A stretch of 64,000 nt of DNA, taken from IMG/VR virus record IMGVR_UViG_3300044641_005618; one strand, 5' to 3'. The stretch is from a virus. Taxonomy: Duplodnaviria; Caudoviricetes. Positions 36,106-45,260 of this stretch are shown here, in pieces; the stretch's first letter is position 1; each line of letters opens with the position of its first letter. A program made the translations under genes and the position numbers. The notes under the pieces were generated by a model. It worked only from the letters and a program-made list of their open reading frames with translations, was not told the origin of the DNA and made no database searches.

Positions 36106-36159
36106 GTCGTTGAATTGTTATGGTTTAGTTTATCCTAGGGGGTTGTCGTAGCGGAAGCT

Positions 36160-37026
36160 TTAAGGCTTCCTGTAAACAGGTCGTGCCAGAATGACTGGGG
36201 GCTTCACTTCTTCCTCGGGGGCTCCGGAGTCGAATTTGTGCATTTTTAGGTCGAAAGCTCGAACACCGCTGCTTGTGTAAACAGCGTCTTTGTGAAGCTT
36301 GTAGGTTTCGTAGGCGTCGAAAATCGGTGAGAAGTGTAGGGGTCGCTCACCCGGTTCGTCACGCCACATTAGAATCTCAACAAGAGAGAGCGGGACGTCT
36401 GTGTCCCATTGTTCGTCTCGTTGCCCGTAAAGCAAAGGAAGAGCGTCGTTCCTCCACCAGTCTGTAACTTGGTCTATGTATTGCTCCCATGCGTCGGGAT
36501 CTGTGACGTGAGTTTTACAGTCTTCTCTCAAGTACGCGACGTACTGCCTCCCCCGGTCAATTACAACTTGTGCGGACTCTGGGAGAGTTTCCAGCAAGTA
36601 CGCGGGGTCGTCGAACGACGCAACTCTTTCTATCACAGCCGGAAAGAGGAAGGCGTAGCTCATTAGTCTGAAGTCGTCTGCTCCTTCGCAGATATGCCTC
36701 AGAAGGCACTCGATAACGGCAAGTGTTGACGCTATTCCGAGCTCTGTCTCGTCCTCCAAAGGAGATTCAGGGGGGAGTGACTCTTTCACTTGTTTTCGAA
36801 GCTTGGTAAGTTCAAGCTCAAGACGCCTCACCTCGCGACCCATTTCCCGTTCTAGCTTAGCCTTGTATATCTCAGTTTGTGTTAAAAGCTTGTCAAACTT
36901 TGTATCAATTTTTTCTACTTCCGAACTGAGTTGTTCGATGCTGATCTTGAAATTTGATATTTTTTTCTTAAGTGAAGAAACCGAAGACCTCATGCTATCG
37001 GTTGCAAACACTATGTTATCCATCAT
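36160..37026 (-). CDS. hypothetical coiled-coil protein
   Basis: 288-aa ORF with an N-terminal heptad region. Confidence 0.7.
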   Translation of the reverse strand: MMDNIVFATDSMRSSVSSLKKKISNFKISIEQLSSEVEKIDTKFDKLLTQTEIYKAKLEREMGREVRRLELELTKLRKQVKESLPPESPLEDETELGIASTLAVIECLLRHICEGADDFRLMSYAFLFPAVIERVASFDDPAYLLETLPESAQVVIDRGRQYVAYLREDCKTHVTDPDAWEQYIDQVTDWWRNDALPLLYGQRDEQWDTDVPLSLVEILMWRDEPGERPLHFSPIFDAYETYKLHKDAVYTSSGVRAFDLKMHKFDSGAPEEEVKPPVILARPVYRKP

Positions 37027-37038
37027 GGGTGTTTCGCT

Positions 37039-37596
37039 TTAAATGGGTTTGATTTTGGCTTCTAAGTGGTCAGACTCAGGGTCTACTGAGGTTATTGTAA
37101 AGGAAAACTTTTTGTCGGGGTCCGATCGAAGGTGAAAACTACCGGAGAATCCTTCCCCGTCTTTTGAGCTTAAGAAGCTGTTTCCCGGTGTTGGGGGGTG
37201 CTCGAACGAAATATCGTCTTTGAGCTCCGGGTGGGAGTCTTCGATTGCTGAGATGAGCCGGTTGTTCACTGCAGATGCTGTCGCCAACTCAAACTCGGTG
37301 GAAATTTGAGGGTGAAAGCCGTCTTCTGTAACTTCGAGTTTGAACGACGCACCCGTGTCAAAGTAGATATGGTAAACAAGCCCGTCCTCCTCAACTTCAA
37401 AGCACGCCTCTTCTGCGGAAAACTCACATTCTTCGTCAGGAGACCCGTTAATTTCTACTTCCAGGAGTTCGTAAAAAACGTCTCTCAGTACCTCTGCATC
37501 TAGAACTCCTCCCAAATGATTTGAGATGGCTAGGAAAATTCGGGGGTTTGAAAGTAACCTGGAAACCGGATAGACTACAGTCATGGTTCTGTTCAA
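37039..37596 (-). CDS. hypothetical acidic protein
   Basis: 185-aa ORF preceded by GGGTAAAA. Confidence 0.65.
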   Translation of the reverse strand: MNRTMTVVYPVSRLLSNPRIFLAISNHLGGVLDAEVLRDVFYELLEVEINGSPDEECEFSAEEACFEVEEDGLVYHIYFDTGASFKLEVTEDGFHPQISTEFELATASAVNNRLISAIEDSHPELKDDISFEHPPTPGNSFLSSKDGEGFSGSFHLRSDPDKKFSFTITSVDPESDHLEAKIKPI

Positions 37597-37674
37597 CTAT
37601 TAAGAGTTTAGCCGGGCAATGTCCAACGTAAAGTCCCGTACCCAATTTTACCCGGTTTCACTCCGTTTTTCGTC

Positions 37675-39696
37675 CTAAGGTAGTTTCACCTCATCTATAT
37701 TTGCGACTTTAATTCCTTTGCCCCCCGGCTTCCCGAGCTTTACTGACAGGTCGAGTTTCGTTGCCTTCTTTCGAGTGGAAACCCAGTCCAGGGTGAAACT
37801 CCCCTCCCCAAAGTGCCTGAGTGTGGCGCCTTCGGGCAGCCACCTTTTGCCCTTGCTCGTTACCTTGCAAAGGTCTTCTCCGCTCAGGGTCAGTGCTTTG
37901 AGCTGCCCGTCGAGTTCGAGCACAACTAGGTACTTTTTCAAGGAAACCTCAGACTCCTTCTTCGCCAAGCAAACAGCGGAGTACGCTGTTGAGATAACTC
38001 CCTTGAAGGTTGCTGACACCTTTTTCAGTGTCCCGTCCTCAGTCATAAGAATAACCTTGTCTTTGGGGTCTACGACAAGAGCTCCACGTGGCCCTTTCAC
38101 CTGCTCAACAGTGCCCTTCTTCGAGTCAATCTTCAGGAACCGTGGCTTTGGAGCGGCTGCAGGACGCTTCACGCTTTCCCCAGGAGCACGGGTCACACCG
38201 CCAGTTGGGGGGTCTATGAGGGGGCTTCGGCGAGCCTCTCCGTGGCGTTTTCCTATCTCGGTCAGCTCATTGAGCATATACACTTGTCTCGCGGTAGTCC
38301 CTCTGGTTTCGTCGCTGGACAGCTCTACCAGCTCTTGAATCCGACCTTGAAGGTAGTTATCCTCATCAATAAGGTCGTTTTGGTCAAGGTTCGTAAGCTG
38401 ACGCAAGCGCATATCCAGAATGGCCTCAGCTTGCTTATCTGAGAACTTCAGCGGTGCGGTCGTTAGAGCAACTTTCGCCTCAGATTTATCCTTTGCCGCA
38501 CGAATACGCTTAATAATCAAGTCCATCTTGTCAATGGCTTTGAGCAACCCCTGAACAATTTCCAGGCGATCCTCTCGATGAGTGAGCTCATTCTCGAATT
38601 TAACTTGTAATCTACCCAACCTCCATGTCACCCATTTCTCTACAATTTCCACCGGGGAGAGCTCTATGGGCTTCGTGCCATCGATAACTAAGGTTCTCGC
38701 TGAGAACTTGGAGTCAAGGTCGGTGTAGGCATAAAGTTGATCTCTTAGCTTTTCCGGGCTCACACCGGGCTTGGCCACAATTTGAACGCAGTCCCCCGTA
38801 AGATCGGACAGGTCGTTGACCTCAGCGACACCCTCAACCCTCCCTCGCTCAACCTCATTTTTCACTTGCTCACCGATTTTCTCAGGATTGGTTCCTGGCG
38901 GTAAGTTCGTGAAGGTTAAGGACGGACGGTCCTTTGCCTTTCCACTACGGGTCTGGGTACCAATCTCAACCTTCGCCATGCAGCGAATGCTGCCAATGCC
39001 TGTTAGTGAGTATTGCTCCAACTGATCGTCTTTTACAATCAGGGTCCCAGTTGGAAAGTCAGGGAAGAGAACCTCTCGTGCTTTTCGTAGGTTTTCTGCG
39101 CGTGCTTCAAACGTTATCGCTTCCTTGCAAACCAGCTTGGTTGCTTCAACAATCGAACGGAGACTGTGAGAGGCGATTTTACAGGCGTATCCCACGCCAA
39201 TGCCCTCTTGACCATTGAGCAAAACGTAGGGAATCTTTGCGTTTAACTCGATTGGCTCCTGCAGCGTACCGTCGTAGTTTGGCATCGTCTCCCAGGTTTC
39301 TGAGTCGTCGAGGAGGCAGTCCCAGGCGAAAGGGGAGAGCTTGCACTCAGTGTACCTTGACGACGCCGCAGAGTCTGTCGAAGACCCCCAATTCCCGTGC
39401 CCGTCTACGAGCGGGGCCATATTATTCCACGGGGCAGCCAAAGTGACAATAGAGCTGTAGCTTCCGCCGTGGGGGCTCAATTTACCCATAACCTCCCCCT
39501 CTACCCTGGCGCTTTTCATGTAGCGACCGTCTGGCTTCAAGTTGAGCCACTTCATAGCTGTTACAATGCGCCGAGAGATACTCTTGCACCCGTCCGTGTA
39601 CCGAGGGAAGGCTCGCCCCACGATTACACTGAGCGAGTAGGCAAGGTAGTCGTCTTGAATTTGCTGGACTAGGTTTACATTGACAGTGTTTGTCAT
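37675..39696 (-). CDS. gyrA: type IIA topoisomerase subunit A (GyrA/ParC-like)
   Basis: DGCKSISRRI, KSARVEGEVMGKLSPHG, DGHGNWGS, SSRYTE (catalytic Tyr), AEAILDMRLRQLT. Confidence 0.92.
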   Translation of the reverse strand: MTNTVNVNLVQQIQDDYLAYSLSVIVGRAFPRYTDGCKSISRRIVTAMKWLNLKPDGRYMKSARVEGEVMGKLSPHGGSYSSIVTLAAPWNNMAPLVDGHGNWGSSTDSAASSRYTECKLSPFAWDCLLDDSETWETMPNYDGTLQEPIELNAKIPYVLLNGQEGIGVGYACKIASHSLRSIVEATKLVCKEAITFEARAENLRKAREVLFPDFPTGTLIVKDDQLEQYSLTGIGSIRCMAKVEIGTQTRSGKAKDRPSLTFTNLPPGTNPEKIGEQVKNEVERGRVEGVAEVNDLSDLTGDCVQIVAKPGVSPEKLRDQLYAYTDLDSKFSARTLVIDGTKPIELSPVEIVEKWVTWRLGRLQVKFENELTHREDRLEIVQGLLKAIDKMDLIIKRIRAAKDKSEAKVALTTAPLKFSDKQAEAILDMRLRQLTNLDQNDLIDEDNYLQGRIQELVELSSDETRGTTARQVYMLNELTEIGKRHGEARRSPLIDPPTGGVTRAPGESVKRPAAAPKPRFLKIDSKKGTVEQVKGPRGALVVDPKDKVILMTEDGTLKKVSATFKGVISTAYSAVCLAKKESEVSLKKYLVVLELDGQLKALTLSGEDLCKVTSKGKRWLPEGATLRHFGEGSFTLDWVSTRKKATKLDLSVKLGKPGGKGIKVANIDEVKLP

Positions 39697-39742
39697 TTCA
39701 AGGGTAATTGCTGAGCTAATTTGGTTGTTAAAGAAGGGTGTA

Positions 39743-39958
39743 TTAATTATTGTCGTTCAAATCCCACAAGCCATTGCTCTGCAGCCAGTGATCGGCAAGA
39801 GTCTGGGAGGTCCAACCCCATGAGTCCTTGCTGTTAAACTTTTCCAGCATCTCTCTCAGAACTTGGTCCTCTTTGTACAAGTGGGATAGACCAAGCTCGC
39901 GAAGTGTCTCAATAACTTTTCTAGCAGCGTCACCGACCCTGCGAGGAGTCACAAGCAT
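39743..39958 (-). CDS. hypothetical protein
   Basis: 71-aa ORF tiling the minus strand. Confidence 0.55.
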   Translation of the reverse strand: MLVTPRRVGDAARKVIETLRELGLSHLYKEDQVLREMLEKFNSKDSWGWTSQTLADHWLQSNGLWDLNDNN

Positions 39959-40248
39959 GGGCGAAGTTTCTGCTTACTGAGGTGAGTGTGCCCCACTGCA
40001 AGAACCCTCTGTGCTACCTCTCGTGTAACATTGTACTTGCATCCACTAGGGGATCTGTCAACAAGGTACTGTTTTTTCTGCTCCAGCGACAAAAGGTCAA
40101 ACAATTTGTCTTCGTCTACCCACATACCATAGTTGTAGTTTCTATCGAGAAAGACACGAACTCGGTTTCGGTAAAATCGTGCGGGATCAATACTTTTGTT
40201 CTCCGTTACAAGTAGCTCAATCATGCTTTCTTCCTCTTTTAAGGTCAT
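39949..40248 (-). CDS. hypothetical protein
   Basis: 99-aa ORF tiling the minus strand. Confidence 0.55.
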   Translation of the reverse strand: MTLKEEESMIELLVTENKSIDPARFYRNRVRVFLDRNYNYGMWVDEDKLFDLLSLEQKKQYLVDRSPSGCKYNVTREVAQRVLAVGHTHLSKQKLRPCL

Positions 40249-40483
40249 TGTCGTAGTTTAGTTGAAGGGTGAGCCAAAACTTTTCAGTTGGTTGTCCGAA
40301 CACGTACTCAAGGCGCTCCGCTAGATGAGGGTCGATGCGAAGGTTCCCTTCCTCAAGTTCAAGAACTTCGGGTACGGTTAACCCTGTTTCTCCCGCAAAG
40401 TCGTGAAGAGAAATTCTACGCTCCAGACGTAACTCCCTTACGATAGACCCTGGAGGTGAAGCCCAGTCTGGGTTGAATGACAT
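40217..40483 (-). CDS. HigA-family (addiction module antidote) HTH protein
   Basis: SPPGSIVRE...DFAGETGL...I...LAERLEYVFG....FWLTLQLNYD; start moved to ATG 40483 downstream of the promoter. Confidence 0.75.
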   Translation of the reverse strand: MSFNPDWASPPGSIVRELRLERRISLHDFAGETGLTVPEVLELEEGNLRIDPHLAERLEYVFGQPTEKFWLTLQLNYDNDLKRGRKHD

Positions 40484-40507
40484 TGGTTCTTCGAAGGTCA
40501 CGTAAAT

Positions 40508-40550
40508 ACTATAGCGTTTTCCTTCTGGAAAACAAACGGGGAAACCGCCC
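40508..40550 (-). promoter_or_regulatory. sigma70-like promoter (family member)
   Basis: TTTGTT-17-TATAGT, 7-bp spacer inverted repeat, upstream GGCGGTTTCCCC. Confidence 0.7.
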
Positions 40551-40593
40551 AAGGCAAGGGGGCTAACCGCTCACCGCCCAACGGGGGTCAAGG

Positions 40594-40770
40594 TCAATCG
40601 TCAATTGAGACACCTTCAACAAGCCTGGAAAGGCGTTGAAACCGAGAAGAAGTGAGGGGCACAAGGCCTCCTTCGCACGACACGGACTCCAGTAGAAGAC
40701 GGTCCAGGAAGTTTAACAGAGTCTCGCTGTCGTTGAAGGGGTAGGTATCTGAGTCCGGGTTGTATGACAT
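40594..40770 (-). CDS. hypothetical protein (58 aa)
   Basis: MSYNPDSDTYPF... between two promoters; below the ORF-track cut-off. Confidence 0.5.
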   Translation of the reverse strand: MSYNPDSDTYPFNDSETLLNFLDRLLLESVSCEGGLVPLTSSRFQRLSRLVEGVSIDD

Positions 40771-40793
40771 TGGTTTTCAGGATTTATGAGCGT

Positions 40794-40837
40794 ATTATAG
40801 CTGTTTTGCCCCAGCAAAGCAAGCCGGGGAACCATCC
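40794..40837 (-). promoter_or_regulatory. sigma70-like promoter (family member)
   Basis: TTGCTT-17-TATAAT, 5-bp spacer inverted repeat, upstream GGATGGTTCCCC. Confidence 0.75.
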
Positions 40838-40849
40838 TAAGGCAACACT

Positions 40850-41035
40850 TTACCTTGTTGCAGTTGAAAGAAAGGGGTGCCCTTCATCAAGCGGTGTGTC
40901 ATCCAAACAGGTAGACACTCCAAAGTGCGACACTCCAAAAAATTCCCCGTCTACCTCCACAGTAGCGTCCTTGTCCAGGTCATCGTTAGAAAAAGTCTGC
41001 AAACTTTCTAAAAGTTCTCGGAAAGTTAGTGTCAC
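40850..41035 (-). CDS. hypothetical protein
   Basis: 61-aa acidic ORF. Confidence 0.55.
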   Translation of the reverse strand: MTLTFRELLESLQTFSNDDLDKDATVEVDGEFFGVSHFGVSTCLDDTPLDEGHPFLSTATR

Positions 41036-41601
41036 AGCGAGGGAGCCTCCTTAAAATGTAGCTCACCAAGATAGCTCAAAATCTCTGTGTCCCTGCGTTC
41101 GTCCGGTCCAGATATTGAGATTGGACGGAACCCACTGTACTTGCACAGATAGTCGTAGACAAACTCGTCAACTCTTTTGGCTTGGTCTTCGGTTTCGTAA
41201 CGTCCGCGAGGGTCGAAGGGCTTGATGCGATTTAGGAAGAAATTCTTGTACGTTACACCCCTTTCCTCTGCGTGAGCCATGAAGGATTGAGCGGCGGAAC
41301 TTACGTACGTGTCTTTGCCTTGAGACCGGTAGTCTTGGTAGATTCCTGCCAGAAGTATAGGGCTGTCGGTAACAATGTAGTCAACTTTGCCGTACAGCAT
41401 GCTCTCGTAGGCGCTTTGCTTACCGAGGAGGTAGAGTTGGTCCCACTCACGCACTTTGCGGTCGTTCCACGCCCAGTACTTCACATACTCTCTTACAAGT
41501 TCAACGTGAATGCCGGCCAGCTTCATTCTGGCGAAGAGGAGCGCAGCTGTGGTTGATTTTCCGCAACCGGACCCGCCGAAGAGGTTAATTACTGTTGTCA
41601 T
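41032..41601 (-). CDS. P-loop kinase/ATPase (AAA_28 / NadR-like)
   Basis: INLFGGSGCGKSTT, VREY, VTDSP. Confidence 0.8.
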   Translation of the reverse strand: MTTVINLFGGSGCGKSTTAALLFARMKLAGIHVELVREYVKYWAWNDRKVREWDQLYLLGKQSAYESMLYGKVDYIVTDSPILLAGIYQDYRSQGKDTYVSSAAQSFMAHAEERGVTYKNFFLNRIKPFDPRGRYETEDQAKRVDEFVYDYLCKYSGFRPISISGPDERRDTEILSYLGELHFKEAPSL

Positions 41602-41730
41602 TTTGCTTTAATGGTGGTTTTGATTTAAGGCTTATAGGTAGAAAGAAGGGGGGGGGCCACAAACTTAGTATAGCGGTGTAGCTGCCTTGTAACTAACACC
41701 CGTACAGCGTCCCTTGTGAGCAGGGTTCCA

Positions 41731-42366
41731 CTAAACGTCCAGGTCTAGGAAGGACAGCTCACCAAGTCCAACAAACTCTACCCCTTTGTACACCGTATGG
41801 TGATTTAGATGCCAGTGGCCATGAATCCATAGTTCCGGTTTGTGGGTCTCGAGCATGTTGTCGAAACACCTTCGTGTTACCGAAGGGATGTCAAATTTTT
41901 GCTTTCCTATTTTGTGACACACTAACGAAATTACGGAGTCAGGACACTCATGTGTGACAACGATCTTGGGTTTCACAAGCTCATACGCGTCCATAATGTT
42001 GGAAAGCTCTCCGTAAGAAAGCTCTTCGTCAGGCCACCAGTCGTAGCGCTCGGTACGTCGGTCCCTGTCGATGGAGTAAGCTCCACCCACACAAAAAATG
42101 TCGCCGCGACCGAACACCGACCCCCCGTCTTTCACCCAGTAGGGGTGTCTTTTGCAGGCACCGGGACTGTCGTGGTTTCCCCGTATGAAAAAGTGCTCAC
42201 CCTTTGACATCGCGTCGTAGGGTGGGCTGCTGTATGGCTTTTCGGTCTTCGGGTCAATGAAACCCACACCGAAGTCTCCCACTTGGACTGAGCGGTTGCA
42301 TTCTCTGATTAGCTTCTCATACTTTGACCATTTGCCATGTACATCACCAATAAATCTGATTTTCAC
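41731..42366 (-). CDS. metallophosphoesterase (calcineurin-like)
   Basis: GDVHG, GDFG, GNHD, THE, HGHWH. Confidence 0.9.
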   Translation of the reverse strand: MKIRFIGDVHGKWSKYEKLIRECNRSVQVGDFGVGFIDPKTEKPYSSPPYDAMSKGEHFFIRGNHDSPGACKRHPYWVKDGGSVFGRGDIFCVGGAYSIDRDRRTERYDWWPDEELSYGELSNIMDAYELVKPKIVVTHECPDSVISLVCHKIGKQKFDIPSVTRRCFDNMLETHKPELWIHGHWHLNHHTVYKGVEFVGLGELSFLDLDV

Positions 42367-42596
42367 AGTGTTCCCCTAAACAAGTCAATCACTCTCTGTA
42401 TCGCCTCAGATATTTCACCGGAGTCGTTATCAATAACTCTCTGGTCAACCATCCAAGAAATGAGATTGAAGATGTCTTTTTCAGTCGGTCCCTTTACCTG
42501 CGACTCTTTCAACGCTGCAAGTGCGAGGCATGTTGTAGCGGACTCGTAGGGTATCTCGTCGAGTAGGGCAGCGCAAATGGCGCGAAAGTTTTTCAT
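42363..42596 (-). CDS. hypothetical protein
   Basis: 77-aa ORF directly behind a promoter. Confidence 0.55.
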   Translation of the reverse strand: MKNFRAICAALLDEIPYESATTCLALAALKESQVKGPTEKDIFNLISWMVDQRVIDNDSGEISEAIQRVIDLFRGTL

Positions 42597-42602
42597 ACAC
42601 TT

Positions 42603-42647
42603 ACTATAGCGTTTTTGTCGCTATAAGGCAAGGGCCTAAACCGCCCC
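42603..42647 (-). promoter_or_regulatory. sigma70-like promoter (family member), probably leaderless
   Basis: TTGCCT-17-TATAGT with the ATG 6 nt downstream; upstream GGCGGTTTAGG. Confidence 0.7.
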
Positions 42648-42822
42648 GCTCAGGGCGGTTATCCGCTTTTTCTAGCTGTAGGCCTGCCGCTACCATTCGC
42701 AGTGAGTGCTCGGCGTCAGCTACGGCTTGTTCCTCAGGCGACGGCAGCTTTCGTTCCAGCAACTCGTCACCCCACTGCCATTTAGCCGCTTGTTCTTGGG
42801 TGGGTTCTCTTTGGTTAGTCAT
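42604..42822 (-). CDS. hypothetical protein
   Basis: likely start MTNQREPT. Confidence 0.5.
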   Translation of the reverse strand: MTNQREPTQEQAAKWQWGDELLERKLPSPEEQAVADAEHSLRMVAAGLQLEKADNRPERGGLGPCLIATKTL

Positions 42823-42897
42823 TATAACATGTGAACAATAAGGGTTCTTAAAGTGACTAAGGAAGTGCCTGTACGACACTTCTTTTGCACTTTATTT

Positions 42898-44004
42898 CTA
42901 CAGAACGTTTAAGTCAGGATACAGGCTCAAAAGTTCATCCTTTGACAGAACATCAAACTCGTCTTCGGGTTGCCAAATAACTTCCAGTGCCATCAGATCC
43001 TCAGGAGAGACTGAACCAAGGGTTACAAGATTGGCGTTTAAGCTCTCGTGCGAGTCCGACAGTTTGAGATCCAGCTTTCGGTCCGATGCCACAAGCACGC
43101 TCACAAGGATATATTCGTTCTCCTTGGCGTCCCTTTGGGGTTTGACCTTACGCTCTGTGACGCTCCCGCCCACATTCGTGAGAACTTCCTCTGATGCCTT
43201 CGAGCGTTCTTCCATGGAAAGTTGGTCGAATCGGCTTTCTGCCTCTCCTGACGCCACCTGCTCAGTACTGCTCCACGCGTAAACAACTTTGTCGGGGTGG
43301 CGAAGAAGGGCGAGGGAAGTTTCTTGCAGGATCTTCGAGAGACCCTCAGCACTGTCCGTGTCCCCTCGCCGAGCGAGTCGTATTAGGTCTGTTTGTAGGT
43401 CCTTTGCAGAGGCGAGCAAGGCCACTCGCTGCCTCACCACGGTCGTCTTTCTAAGCTTGTCCCGCTGAGTACTCACCCATGGGCTCACAAAGTCGTCCCA
43501 ACCCCCAGCCAGCAGAAAGATAGCCAAGCCTCCTACGCCTAACACGGCAAGGATCCCAAAAAAGAATGCGGGACTCACAGGTGTTTGAGGCACTGGTGCC
43601 ACTTGCGAAGAGTAAAGTGGCGGAGCAACCGGATAGACGTTCGGTGTCATGTCCGGCATCACAATGATGTTCGTTCTGTTGTTTCCGGGGTTGCTGTAGG
43701 GTAGTGTTGTTCGGTACGGTTTCGAAGGGCTGCCACCGTAGTAGCTTGGACTTCTATTCAGCCCCGGTGCAGGGGTGCTTCTTAGCACCGGTGAGGGAGA
43801 GGTCCTATAGCTTGGAGAGCTGGAGCGACTACTCCCGAAACTTGGGGACCGAGATGGTCGGCTATAGCTAGACGAACTGCGAAAGCTCCGTCCGCTTATT
43901 CGTCCGGCTGACGCTGCGAGTGCCGGTGTTGCCGAGAGCAGGGTTGCTAAGGCGAAAGTCAAAGCCAAGACAGTTGCTGCGGTTGCTGCGGTTTTTGTTT
44001 TCAT
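42898..44004 (-). CDS. DUF1517 membrane protein (FLAP1-like)
   Basis: signal peptide, GRISGRSF, Ser/Pro-rich region, one TM helix, VALLASAKDLQ...ETSLALLRHP...LSMEERSK...EYILVSVLVA...ALEVIWQP...YPDL. Confidence 0.85.
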   Translation of the reverse strand: MKTKTAATAATVLALTFALATLLSATPALAASAGRISGRSFRSSSSYSRPSRSPSFGSSRSSSPSYRTSPSPVLRSTPAPGLNRSPSYYGGSPSKPYRTTLPYSNPGNNRTNIIVMPDMTPNVYPVAPPLYSSQVAPVPQTPVSPAFFFGILAVLGVGGLAIFLLAGGWDDFVSPWVSTQRDKLRKTTVVRQRVALLASAKDLQTDLIRLARRGDTDSAEGLSKILQETSLALLRHPDKVVYAWSSTEQVASGEAESRFDQLSMEERSKASEEVLTNVGGSVTERKVKPQRDAKENEYILVSVLVASDRKLDLKLSDSHESLNANLVTLGSVSPEDLMALEVIWQPEDEFDVLSKDELLSLYPDLNVL

Positions 44005-44080
44005 TGTGTTGCAGTAGTGTTACCTAGAAAATGCTAGGCGAAATGTTATGGGACAATCTTCCTTAATACCTGGGGATCGC

Positions 44081-44857
44081 TCATACAGCGTCCCACTCAT
44101 TCGCCTTGAATTTCGGTCGCCACCAGTTTCGAACTTTACCGGCTTTGTCGATAGACAAGATAATGTAGTCGCCGAACCCCGCGTCACCTTTGCACAAATA
44201 CTCGTCAGGAACGTAATCCCCACGGTACTTAAATAAGCGGTGCTCCGAGTCTCTGAGCCAGTACTCACCTTGGTCGCACACTTTGTAGTAAATTTCGGCT
44301 GTGACTCCGTAGGGCCACTCCATCACCTGACCGTCTTTCAGGCGAATGGTTGGAGTCCAGCATTTCCCGGTTCGGAGAGGGATGAGTGTCCCCTCTTTGT
44401 CAATCGTCTCATTGACTGTCGCGTCTTCCCAGTACCTCACTTCTGCCGATATCTCAAGAAACTCTAGTTTTGGAGTCTTAGTGCCGGAGAGGCTAACCGT
44501 GCTCTTAGCACTCGACATGTCCGGGAACCAAGTGTCTTTTCGGCTAGAGTATACGGCGGTGTCGTCTTCGGTGAAAGACCTCTTTCGGCCAAACTTGTAG
44601 ACCTCCACTTGGTCCTTCGTAAAGACATAGCAAAAGTCGGTAGATGCGCTGGTTTCCCATTTCCAGGGCCAACCCTCTTCAGGAGAGTGAAAGTCGTCCC
44701 GTTTGGCTATGCGCCTGATTCCGGACCGGAACTCGTGCGCGGAGGTGACGAACGTGATTTCCGGACAAATAGTTTCAAGAACACCACCGTCGGAGGAAAT
44801 AGACCCGAGCCACTCCACGGACTTTGGACTTCTAACGTAAAAGTCTGCCGGTTGCAT
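44081..44857 (-). CDS. hypothetical two-domain protein
   Basis: 258-aa ORF downstream of a promoter. Confidence 0.7.
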   Translation of the reverse strand: MQPADFYVRSPKSVEWLGSISSDGGVLETICPEITFVTSAHEFRSGIRRIAKRDDFHSPEEGWPWKWETSASTDFCYVFTKDQVEVYKFGRKRSFTEDDTAVYSSRKDTWFPDMSSAKSTVSLSGTKTPKLEFLEISAEVRYWEDATVNETIDKEGTLIPLRTGKCWTPTIRLKDGQVMEWPYGVTAEIYYKVCDQGEYWLRDSEHRLFKYRGDYVPDEYLCKGDAGFGDYIILSIDKAGKVRNWWRPKFKANEWDAV

Positions 44858-44893
44858 AATGAAAGTTGAGTCTGCGCGAGTATGTATAAGGTA

Positions 44894-44936
44894 ACTATAC
44901 CGCTTTCCTTGCGGAAAGGCAAGGCGGTAAACCGCC
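44894..44936 (-). promoter_or_regulatory. sigma70-like promoter (family member)
   Basis: TTGCCT-17-TATAGT, 6-bp spacer inverted repeat, upstream palindrome GGCGGTTTACCGCC. Confidence 0.75.
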
Positions 44937-44949
44937 CCAGAGCAGCCGG

Positions 44950-45183
44950 TTAACCGTGCCCATCCAACTCAGTTGCAATCGCGTACAACTTCTCTTGGTA
45001 GTGCCCGTGTGCGCCAAGCGGTGTTAGTCCGAGTTCACCTCTAAATTCAATCTGCGTTATCAGTTCTCGAAGAAAAGCAGCCAGTGCTTCACCGGTGTCT
45101 TCAAAAACCCCTAGGCGGTCTGCAACGTCGCAGTAGGCGTTCCATGCGGCTTCGGCTTCAGGGCTGAGTTTGTGCTTAGTCAT
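44950..45183 (-). CDS. hypothetical protein
   Basis: 77-aa ORF. Confidence 0.55.
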   Translation of the reverse strand: MTKHKLSPEAEAAWNAYCDVADRLGVFEDTGEALAAFLRELITQIEFRGELGLTPLGAHGHYQEKLYAIATELDGHG

Positions 45184-45260
45184 TTATTCCCAAAAAGTGG
45201 ATAATTAGAATAGACAGCAAGAAACAACCGGCGATAGTACCGAGGGTTGAGTACAAAATT

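Noticed and set aside
40484-40552. ORF-track upstream starts for HigA, HD protein, kinase and exonuclease
   Set aside because: The extensions run through the predicted promoters; downstream ATGs (40483, 54409, 57917, 63364) fit better.
41648-41656. G9 tract as a phase-variable switch
   Set aside because: Intergenic, and the nearby TATACT lacks a convincing -35, so no effect can be supported.
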